From positions 192,001 to 256,000 of the IMG/VR virus record IMGVR_UViG_3300031992_000007: a DNA stretch of 64,000 bases; one strand, 5' to 3'. Under the pieces are notes generated by a model that was not told where the DNA came from, made no database searches, and saw only the letters and a program-made list of their open reading frames with translations. Origin of the DNA: a virus. Lineage: Duplodnaviria; Caudoviricetes. This document shows positions 8,861 through 17,283 of the stretch, piece by piece (positions within the stretch are counted from its first letter, which is position 1; the number at the start of each line of letters is the position of its first letter). The position numbers were made by a program, and so were the translations under genes.

Positions 8861-11212
8861 TTATCCTTGTTTCTTGTGTATGCAGAAAGTAACCTGGAAC
8901 ACTCTGCAAGCGTTGTAACCCTTGTAACTGTTGATGTAGTGATCATTCTTAGTCGTCGGGGTTACTATCGGTTCTTCAAGAGGTTTGTCCGGGTTATCCG
9001 TGTAGAGGTGTTTAACCTGAAGGGTTTCCAGAACTTCTTCCAGAGGTGTACCAGCAGGGATTTCAACTTCCTCGTAGACAGGAAGACTATCGTCACCAGC
9101 AGTCATGGACAGAGCAAGAAGATGCATCCTATTACCAAGAGACATATTCACCTCGGCTTTATTGATGTAGTACTTCTTATCATCCGCTTCCTTGATGTAG
9201 ACAGTTGTGTCTGTAGGGAGTTCGTCACCGAATTCTAGTCCAGTGAGCTCTTCCATTTCTCCATCAGCATTCTTGGTGTAGTACTTGATGTCATACTTGA
9301 CAGTCTTGTCCGTACAGACAGTATACCCAACAATAGGTTCTTCCGTACCGATAATGTCCTCACCGAACACCGCATCCTTGTACTCGTACACACAACCAGC
9401 TTCTGCCAGATGGGATTTAATATCCGACACCAGAAGGTCTACAGGGAACGCAACCTGAGAATAGGCATCTGTACCAACACTGTAGGTGTAATAAGCCTTG
9501 TCCTTAAGAATACGATTATCCTTGGTCACCACATACTCATCACCATCCTTCTCATACACCTCTTCGACCTTAGCTATCCTAGCATACACGTCAGATATAG
9601 GTTCACCCTCAGTAGTCGGGATCTGAACATAGTCGCTAGCGATAGGGTCGAAGTAGTAATAAGTCTTGTCAGTGTTGACAATAGAGTCTTTGGTGTTGAT
9701 GTACGAAGGAGCGGTCAGGTCGTACCATCTAGACGGATAGACCTCGCACTGCAAAGGTTTGGCTGTCAGATTAATCGGTTTAGGATTGAGACTGATCACC
9801 AACCTGTACTGCGTGTACGGTCTCTGGGCACGAACTATAAGCTTGTCTCCCTTGATCTCGATAACAGGTTTGACGTTGTCTTCGATTTGGGTAGGAGTTC
9901 CAAGCTGGTAGTCTTCGGCGAACACAGCTATGTTCAGGTACTTGTTAGGAAGGAGAAGATCTCTTCCGTGACGAGAACGAATCTCCTGGATGAGATCGTC
10001 ATTCAACTTAATACCAGGGAGTCCGTGTACCAAGTCTATAACAGTCTCACGTTCAGATACCGTCTCTTCTTCACCTGTCTCTGGATTAGTCCTGGTTGTC
10101 GTAACTGGGTCATCCAAGCAAAAAGCAATAACTGCTATAGGTTGGAACCCTCTCTGCATCTGTATAGAGTTAGGAGGAAGATCCCAGTCGTCCCACCAAG
10201 GATAATGAACTGCACGAAGTCTATCCGGATACATGGTAGCCCACAGCTGGGTTACAGCAAGGTTCCTCCACATAACCGGACTCCCAAGTCCGTTGCTTGC
10301 ACGAAGCTTGGGATCAACAGGGATGTAGTTGAAATCCACGAACTGGTTGTTGACGATGATGGGGTATTTCAGCATGAGACGATTAGCTCTTGCGAACTGA
10401 ACCGTCACATTGAACTGAATGTAAGCACCATCTGGTTCGCCTGGTGTAGGCGCTTCCTGTGTACACTCGATCTGGTAGAGTGCCTGGAAGTGATTTTTCT
10501 TAACAACCAACTCTCTCTGGTCGGGGTTATTTCTGTTCTGAACGATATCGATATTGTTCTCGGACTGTCTGATCATTCTGTCTGCATAGTCTGAATCACC
10601 CATCAGATCAGCAATGTGCTTGTACACACTCTGTAGCAGTGTTGGGATTGGATAGTCGTACTGTACATCAACGTATCCGATCATTTCACCATTCTGGAAA
10701 CACTGGAACATCCTAGTCAAACACTCGAAAGCCATAGCGTCATCTTTGAAGTCCGCTTGTACTTCCATAGTGAGCGTCGAACCAACGGAGTATTCCACAA
10801 GATCTGTGAACGCATCCACATCAGACATCACCGAAGCGTTGCCTTCTGTATAATGACTTTTAGCAAAAGCCTGTCTCTGCGTCACATTACCGGGGTTGTT
10901 GGTGATCAGGTGGTTGCCGTTACCAAGATCGATAGTGGTTCCGTTTCCCTGCCACTTAACAGTTTGAGGGTTAAGGTTCCAATTCAGTTTGGCTCTTACA
11001 CGGTTGTGGTGGATCTCAGGGTTGCCATCTTTGTCAACAGCTTTGGAAGTACCCGTGAAATCCGACACCATGTCAATATTGCCGTTCCTCCTGAAGAACT
11101 CGAGATAACCCAACTTCTCCAGGATGAACTGAAGTACTTGCTTGGCTACAGGCTCGACTATGTGAACATGTTGCTCTGGAACGCTGTGAGTTAGACTCAA
11201 ACGAAAGGACAT
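8861..11212 (-). CDS. Putative virion structural protein with C-terminal TxDxx...K.YY repeats, 783 aa
   Basis: AGGAGG RBS; TTTTATG motif upstream (about 11239-11245); C-terminal repeats shared with tail proteins. Confidence 0.65.
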   Translation of the reverse strand: MSFRLSLTHSVPEQHVHIVEPVAKQVLQFILEKLGYLEFFRRNGNIDMVSDFTGTSKAVDKDGNPEIHHNRVRAKLNWNLNPQTVKWQGNGTTIDLGNGNHLITNNPGNVTQRQAFAKSHYTEGNASVMSDVDAFTDLVEYSVGSTLTMEVQADFKDDAMAFECLTRMFQCFQNGEMIGYVDVQYDYPIPTLLQSVYKHIADLMGDSDYADRMIRQSENNIDIVQNRNNPDQRELVVKKNHFQALYQIECTQEAPTPGEPDGAYIQFNVTVQFARANRLMLKYPIIVNNQFVDFNYIPVDPKLRASNGLGSPVMWRNLAVTQLWATMYPDRLRAVHYPWWDDWDLPPNSIQMQRGFQPIAVIAFCLDDPVTTTRTNPETGEEETVSERETVIDLVHGLPGIKLNDDLIQEIRSRHGRDLLLPNKYLNIAVFAEDYQLGTPTQIEDNVKPVIEIKGDKLIVRAQRPYTQYRLVISLNPKPINLTAKPLQCEVYPSRWYDLTAPSYINTKDSIVNTDKTYYYFDPIASDYVQIPTTEGEPISDVYARIAKVEEVYEKDGDEYVVTKDNRILKDKAYYTYSVGTDAYSQVAFPVDLLVSDIKSHLAEAGCVYEYKDAVFGEDIIGTEEPIVGYTVCTDKTVKYDIKYYTKNADGEMEELTGLEFGDELPTDTTVYIKEADDKKYYINKAEVNMSLGNRMHLLALSMTAGDDSLPVYEEVEIPAGTPLEEVLETLQVKHLYTDNPDKPLEEPIVTPTTKNDHYINSYKGYNACRVFQVTFCIHKKQG

Positions 11213-11412
11213 GTTAGCCTCCTGATAAAAATAAAAGTCATAAAATTGACGGGCGTATTATACCTATATAAAAGAATGAGAGTTACCCATGTAATGCTGA
11301 TCAAAAAAGAGAGGGCCGGTTAGTAGGATAACCGACTCTCTCTTCAACTCACAACAAACATGCACTGAAGTAAAACCCAGATTGAGCACTGCTATCGATG
11401 ATGGTGGACCGA

Positions 11413-11565
11413 CTATCTAACCAGTAAGGCTATTGCCATACCGCGAAGGATAACGGACATTATTGCCACAAACTTCGCACGACCGTGAAGACCGTGAAGT
11501 TTTGTGTCGCACAGCAAGAGCCAGACGGCTAAAGCTGGTTTACCAAACAAAGAAAGTAGTGCCAT
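11413..11565 (-). CDS. Possible small hydrophobic protein (50 aa) within a short promoter-to-terminator unit
   Basis: AAAGGA RBS before ATG at 11565 (MALLSLFGKPALAVWLLL...); early-like promoter at about 11643-11652; terminator at about 11303-11342. Confidence 0.35.
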   Translation of the reverse strand: MALLSLFGKPALAVWLLLCDTKLHGLHGRAKFVAIMSVILRGMAIALLVR

Positions 11566-11707
11566 TTCTGGGTTCCTTTGTGAATGGTTATGGCTGGACC
11601 TGGGAGAACCTCTCCCAGTGTCAATCCAGTCTTTACACTTCAGTAATGTATAAGTGAGCATTTTTGATCAGCACTTTCAATTTCTCAAGTAAAGAAAGGA
11701 ATAACTA

Positions 11708-13144
11708 ATGTTTAGCTTGTTCGCACCTGGAGAAGCTCCGAGGATGACAAATCCGATAAGCTTCAATACGGACACAATGTTCGACATCATCTCAGGTCAA
11801 TTCGAACGTGGGTACGATGGCAAGTGGTACCTCAATGGCGGACTTGGTCCTGCTGTAGCTGGCATACAAGGCAGACAGCAGACATTCAAGTCTACTCTAG
11901 CTGGATCTTTTGCCATGCGCATGAGCGCCATCTACAATACCCAGATGGTTGTCTTTGACTCGGAACTTGCGTTTATAAGCGATCTCAACCGTATCGTCAG
12001 ACTAGCTGGTTCTCACGCTAGCAAGATCACAACCGACTACATTGTTCCTCTCAACGCTAAGACTGAATATGACCTTGAGTCCATCCGAAAGATGATTCAG
12101 GAACTTGGCGAGAGGAAGAAGGCTGCTGGTAAAGATGTGATGATCACAACTCCTTTCCTTGATCTGTCTACAGGTGAAAGGATCAAGTGCTTCCAGCCTT
12201 CTACGATCTTCATTGACTCCTACTCTGAATGTTTCTCAACTGCTGAGAAGGAGTTGGTCACAGACAAAGGTCTTGATGACAGTAGAGCTAACACCTTGAT
12301 GATGCTTGATGCCAACAAGAAGACTTCTACTCTGCGTAACCTTAGTCGGTATGCTGCTGATTATGGAATGCAGATAGTTGCTTCTGCTCACTACGGCAAG
12401 AAGATGAACATGGACAGCTATGCTCCTCAGCCGAAGTATCTTCCGTGGGCTAATCAGGACGACGCTCCGAAAAACGTTGGATCGAAGTGGGGATTCCTGA
12501 CATCACCTCTGATGCTCATCAACGGCTGTTCTAAACTGATGGATGATGCCAAACAGGCTAAGTATCAGCTGAACAAAGATACGCACGCAACCGATCTGTT
12601 TGAACTCGCAGTATTGGCTCAGCGGTGCAAAAAGAACTCCTCTGGCTCCTGTCATCCTTTCGTGGTGTCTCAGGACAATGGGTTACTTGAAGAAACCTCG
12701 AACTACAACTACCTTCGTTCCATGAAGGCCTTTGGTTTCCTTGGCAACAATGTGACTCACCAGAACGTCTTCCTCCCTGATGTCAGTATGACGAGGAACT
12801 CTTTCCGTGGTATCTGCGAGAAAGATGCCCGTCTGTCTAGAGCTCTTCAGCTTACAGCGCAGCTTTGCTACATCCAGAATAACTGGAGTACAGCTGGATG
12901 GCAGTTCCCCATGATGGTAGATCCCAAAATGTTGGCTGATGTCTTGTACTCTGACAAGAACAAGATGTCTGTCGACAAGATCCTGCATTCGAGAGGGTAT
13001 TGGCTTCCTGATGAGATCCCATCTGACCAGGAGTACATGAGTATCATCGACGTTCTTGAGTTCGCTGCTAACAACGGTCTGGTGGATAAAATTCACAAGA
13101 TCGAAGTTGAAGCAGAACTCAAATACAAGGCTGGAAAGAAATGA
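11708..13144 (+). CDS. RecA/UvsX/RadA-like recombinase, 478 aa
   Basis: Walker A-like GRQQTFKST, FDSE motif and Walker B-like IFIDS; resembles phiKZ-family UvsX-like proteins. Confidence 0.75.
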   Translation: MFSLFAPGEAPRMTNPISFNTDTMFDIISGQFERGYDGKWYLNGGLGPAVAGIQGRQQTFKSTLAGSFAMRMSAIYNTQMVVFDSELAFISDLNRIVRLAGSHASKITTDYIVPLNAKTEYDLESIRKMIQELGERKKAAGKDVMITTPFLDLSTGERIKCFQPSTIFIDSYSECFSTAEKELVTDKGLDDSRANTLMMLDANKKTSTLRNLSRYAADYGMQIVASAHYGKKMNMDSYAPQPKYLPWANQDDAPKNVGSKWGFLTSPLMLINGCSKLMDDAKQAKYQLNKDTHATDLFELAVLAQRCKKNSSGSCHPFVVSQDNGLLEETSNYNYLRSMKAFGFLGNNVTHQNVFLPDVSMTRNSFRGICEKDARLSRALQLTAQLCYIQNNWSTAGWQFPMMVDPKMLADVLYSDKNKMSVDKILHSRGYWLPDEIPSDQEYMSIIDVLEFAANNGLVDKIHKIEVEAELKYKAGKK

Positions 13145-13350
13145 AACTGTGGTGGCTAGCCGTTGTACTGGTTCTGTGTGGGTGTAGGACTCGTTACTAT
13201 GACCTGCGATACAATCAGCTTAGAGTAGGTATACTTGAAACTGAGGAGCAGTACATCGACGGGTCCTACTACAGAATCGAATCCACTGATGGGGTTACCT
13301 TGAAGTGGTTCCCTGAAATACCAGTTCTGGACAAGTTCCTCTATTGGTGA
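13141..13350 (+). CDS. Small putative lipoprotein, 69 aa
   Basis: ATGA overlap with the previous stop; MK, hydrophobic stretch, then lipobox-like LCGC. Confidence 0.55.
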   Translation: MKLWWLAVVLVLCGCRTRYYDLRYNQLRVGILETEEQYIDGSYYRIESTDGVTLKWFPEIPVLDKFLYW

Positions 13351-13365
13351 AAATAAAAGGTTAGA

Positions 13366-13395
13366 GGCAGAGGACCCCGCAAGGGGTCCTCTGCC
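13366..13395. terminator. Hairpin between convergent genes
   Basis: GGCAGAGGACCCC-gcaa-GGGGTCCTCTGCC. Confidence 0.75.
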
Positions 13396-13400
13396 TTCTG

Positions 13401-14495
13401 TTATTTCTTTCTGTTCTTGTGGGTGGTCCATGCCTGCTTAAGAGCTTCTAGAGCTTTAATCCTAGCAGGTTTAGGGATGAAGCTTATGATGCTAACGATG
13501 AACATCACTACCTTCATAACTCCTACCCTTAGTTTCTGAAACCAATTAAGTTCCTTTTCTACAGGTTTAGGAGCTTCCTCTACCGGAGCAGGTGTGTCTT
13601 CATCTATTACCTCATCATCTAGGTGAGAGCCGATGTGTATCTTTTTGCTTTTGGACTTCTTGCGGAAAATGCTCGATAGACAAAGTGTCAGGATAATAAC
13701 ACATATGGCTATTGCGGCAGAACCGAACAATATGAGGATGGTTTTCTCAGATCTTGTTAGGACGTGATCCACAACATTCTCAGCACGATCCATGGTGCCG
13801 TTGACTTCATGAACGACTTCTTTGACTTCTTTGACGACGTTAGTGGCGCTGGATATGGTACCTTCAAGGGGATTTACCAAGTCATGCACCGTATCGGTTA
13901 CAGGATCAGTAACAGCCTTGATTACCTCAGGGGTTTTGTTGACAACATTGTCCACTCCTGTTGGTTTAAGGTTAGCTACAGACACCGCATTAGAGGTAAC
14001 TGCTTTAGCACCCAGTTGCATAACAGCATCTCTAGTCGTCACGATAGAGTCGGGGAACTTAGGAGCTTTAGCAGCTGTAACTACACCCTCTGCTAACTTT
14101 AGCTTGACCTCCATAGGAACATCAGGATTGACGAAGGCTTCATTCAAGTTACCCTCGTTGAACTGAAGGTTAGACCTAAAAGTAGTGATCTTATTTTCTG
14201 CGCCTGAAGCAGAGAAGATCCCACCGCCAGCAGAGGTAGTGGACTCGAATGAAGCCCCGCCTCTAACAGCAGCAACTACTTGTTTAGAAGAGCCTATAAC
14301 AACACCAACATAGTTAGCATCACCTACAGGAACTCTAGCAGCGAAGCCCATGGTCTCGTTCTCGATAAGCATGTTGTGACCACACCCAGCATTAAGCAGG
14401 ATAAGGACAACACACAATAAGACCAACAAAGCTTCCATAACCGGACTTCCTCCCATGAAAATGAGGAAGTCTAACCAATTACGTATTCTGTTCAT
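13401..14495 (-). CDS. Membrane lipoprotein-like protein, 364 aa (lipobox plus C-terminal TM segments)
   Basis: Hydrophobic signal ending LNAGC; TM segment TILILFGSAAIAICVIILTLCLSSIF followed by a basic RKKSKSKK stretch; second hydrophobic segment near the C-terminus. Confidence 0.6.
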   Translation of the reverse strand: MNRIRNWLDFLIFMGGSPVMEALLVLLCVVLILLNAGCGHNMLIENETMGFAARVPVGDANYVGVVIGSSKQVVAAVRGGASFESTTSAGGGIFSASGAENKITTFRSNLQFNEGNLNEAFVNPDVPMEVKLKLAEGVVTAAKAPKFPDSIVTTRDAVMQLGAKAVTSNAVSVANLKPTGVDNVVNKTPEVIKAVTDPVTDTVHDLVNPLEGTISSATNVVKEVKEVVHEVNGTMDRAENVVDHVLTRSEKTILILFGSAAIAICVIILTLCLSSIFRKKSKSKKIHIGSHLDDEVIDEDTPAPVEEAPKPVEKELNWFQKLRVGVMKVVMFIVSIISFIPKPARIKALEALKQAWTTHKNRKK

Positions 14496-14569
14496 TCATT
14501 TCTCCTTATTGGGATGAGAGACATAAAATTGAACCCTCCTACCAGCCGAAGCTGGTAGGAGAGTAATGA

Positions 14570-17269
14570 TCACGTTGAAGGTTCCGGTTGATAGTCCTCA
14601 ATCGTACATGAGTGGTCGTGCAACACGCTGGCTACTCTAGATAGCTTGAATTGCATTCCAGAGATCACGCGGAAGGTCATGTTGCATTCATAACGACCGA
14701 AGGAGTTGGTCCCCTCTCCACTATACTTAGTAGTAGAGTGGAAAGTTGCGAGGTAGGTTACCTCAACCCACGAAGCGTCAAGACCAGGCATCTTAACAGA
14801 CAACACACCAGGCTGACTCTGAGAACTGGAATCAGTACCGTTGGACGATTCGGCGGCAAACATCAAGTTGATTGTGCCGTGAGATATACCATTCGGGACT
14901 GTCCAGGTCAGGGTCTTCGCAGTTGTGTCCAGAACACCTGTACAAGCAGCGCGAGTATTCCAGTCTGGTACGTGATTGACCGTACTCAGTGCGCGGATGA
15001 ATCGTTGTTCGTATTCCTCGATTTTGTCCGACATCTCAAGGATGGCGTACCTATCGCGGAGTGCAACACCTTGATCCCAGAATGCTTCTTGATCACAGTC
15101 TTCAGGTAGGAAGAACCTAGGAGTGACAAACGACTCATTTGAGATATCAACGAAGTTGTCATCGTTGATAGCCATCTTGAGATAATAATCATTCGTCTGC
15201 ATCTTAGGTCCGACCCAAGTCTGGTTCCTTGTAAGCAACTTGAACGGGTGATAACCGGTGTAGGTAGCAACGAAGGTGTGTACAGGCGGTTCGGTTACAT
15301 CGGAACACGACTGACCGTTCACGACCCAAGTGTCATCTATCTTGATCCAGTGTAGGTCCTCAACATAACCGCTGAATTTGACAGTCTCGCCTTCCTTGAG
15401 GTAAATCATACCAAACCAGCCAGCAGTACGTGTAGCCCAGGGATAAGTGCGACTGTTTGCAGCGCTACCAGCCCAGTATGTCCACGTCTGACCGTTGTAC
15501 CAGTCGAAGAAGGATGGGTCATCCTGTGTGCAGCACTTCTTGAGCATACTGCAACCATTGGTGATATACGGACCGATGAAGGAAGTCCACGTACGGGTGT
15601 TTCCCTGTGGATTCATATCGCCGTAGAAGTTAGACGACTTCCACTCAAGAAGTTTGAGAGCATCATCACATCTAGCAGGATGAGTCCACAAGTTAGGATC
15701 GATAGTCTCATCCTGGCTAACTGCAGGACTCTTCCACATTCTCACGAGCAGACCTGGCTTAGGATCAGGACGGTAGTTGTTGCGATCCCTAACTTCCTCC
15801 GTGTAGGTTATCTCTTTCTCACAACCTTCCTTCAAGAAGAAGATAGGCTCAGAGACAGACTCGTTGGAAATAGTAAGGAAGGTCTCACCACCATCGAGAG
15901 ACATTCTGAACGGGATGTTCGTACTAAACACATCAGCCTGTGGAGCAGGTTTCGGCCCAACAGTCATCATGCTGTAGATAGCCATCCTGAAGGTGTACAA
16001 CCCAGCATTGGTAGCAGTGAACTCATACTTAGGAAGAGTTTCTGAATCGTAACTCTTTTCACGAAGAGTATCTCCGTACCACTGCCAGCAGTTGTTTTCA
16101 TCAGTTCTGGTCAACACGGTATTACCGATCTGCAACAGAACTGCGTCGTCAACTACACCAGCGAAGATGATCCTCTGACCAGCATTGAGTTTGATGCGGC
16201 CTTCCCAGACCATGATCCTAGGAGAATACGGGTCGATGGTTGGATGGTCAGGATCTCCACTGTAGAAATCCCAGTAGAGTCCATTCGACCAGTCGAAGTA
16301 TCCAGGTTGATCGATCGTGCAGGTTGTATCCAGGATAGAACAACCCACCGTCAAACACGGACCCTGTACCTTCTTCAGATCAGCGTACACCTTCTCGTAG
16401 TACGTGACACCTGCCTCGAACTCTTCTCCAGTGAATAAGTAGACTATCTTGTCAACGACGTAGTAGTATACCTTGTTAGGATCAGGTTCGGTGTCAGATG
16501 TTACCTTGGTGTAGAACACGGCATCTTTGAATGAAGTGTCACTCAGGCTTGGGATGAAGTTCTTGTTCGACAAGGAACCTCTGTCAGTACCTCCAGGAGA
16601 AGTACCGCTAGGAAGCGGAGTGAACTCCGTTGGTACATAATCCGTAGCATACAAAGCAACCTTCAACCCAGGACGGAGAGGATGAGTCTCGTCATTCGGT
16701 TCCACATAGGTGTACATGTACTTAACCCAATCGTAGAACTTACGTTTGAGCAAGAAATCGTTCGGGTTGTTGTACGTGAGCCAAGGAGCTATGCTGTTCT
16801 TGAGCTTGAGGAAGATCTCCCATGTAGGAGCATACAACTTCTCATCAGCAACCTTAGTGTCGTAACTGTTGACAAGGTTGTTGTAAGTAAGGGCTTTAAC
16901 AGAACCATCGAGACCAACATCCTGAAGGATCTGGTTGAGGACGAAAGCAGTTATGACATGTGCCTTAATCCCAGAAGGAGCCAAGTAGTTGGAAGCATCC
17001 CTCGAAAGAGAGATGTTCTTGTACTTCTCGTACTCCAGCTTGGAGGTCATCAACTCATCACGAAGAGCATGATTCCGAGCATGATCAGTACGGGACTGAA
17101 GATGCTCGGTAAGATTCTTGCTCTGCTCAACAGCCGACTTCCTCATGTACTGAGGATGTGGCTGTGGGTTGCTTGTGTGATTAGCCAGTGTCTCAACACT
17201 CGCTGCTCCCTGAACTGCAGGAGACCCAACGGCTTTAGAAACTCTGAACCTAAAATCAGTTGTTGCCAT
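14570..17269 (-). CDS. Tail/receptor-binding protein with two PA14-like domains, 899 aa
   Basis: Duplicated module (WEGRIKL...FAGVVDDAVLLQIG and WFGMIYL...FSGYVEDLHWIKID, each followed by ISNES...FFL); N-terminal H...PHPQY tail-fibre-type motif. Confidence 0.6.
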   Translation of the reverse strand: MATTDFRFRVSKAVGSPAVQGAASVETLANHTSNPQPHPQYMRKSAVEQSKNLTEHLQSRTDHARNHALRDELMTSKLEYEKYKNISLSRDASNYLAPSGIKAHVITAFVLNQILQDVGLDGSVKALTYNNLVNSYDTKVADEKLYAPTWEIFLKLKNSIAPWLTYNNPNDFLLKRKFYDWVKYMYTYVEPNDETHPLRPGLKVALYATDYVPTEFTPLPSGTSPGGTDRGSLSNKNFIPSLSDTSFKDAVFYTKVTSDTEPDPNKVYYYVVDKIVYLFTGEEFEAGVTYYEKVYADLKKVQGPCLTVGCSILDTTCTIDQPGYFDWSNGLYWDFYSGDPDHPTIDPYSPRIMVWEGRIKLNAGQRIIFAGVVDDAVLLQIGNTVLTRTDENNCWQWYGDTLREKSYDSETLPKYEFTATNAGLYTFRMAIYSMMTVGPKPAPQADVFSTNIPFRMSLDGGETFLTISNESVSEPIFFLKEGCEKEITYTEEVRDRNNYRPDPKPGLLVRMWKSPAVSQDETIDPNLWTHPARCDDALKLLEWKSSNFYGDMNPQGNTRTWTSFIGPYITNGCSMLKKCCTQDDPSFFDWYNGQTWTYWAGSAANSRTYPWATRTAGWFGMIYLKEGETVKFSGYVEDLHWIKIDDTWVVNGQSCSDVTEPPVHTFVATYTGYHPFKLLTRNQTWVGPKMQTNDYYLKMAINDDNFVDISNESFVTPRFFLPEDCDQEAFWDQGVALRDRYAILEMSDKIEEYEQRFIRALSTVNHVPDWNTRAACTGVLDTTAKTLTWTVPNGISHGTINLMFAAESSNGTDSSSQSQPGVLSVKMPGLDASWVEVTYLATFHSTTKYSGEGTNSFGRYECNMTFRVISGMQFKLSRVASVLHDHSCTIEDYQPEPST

Positions 17270-17283
17270 ATCGTCTTTCTCCT

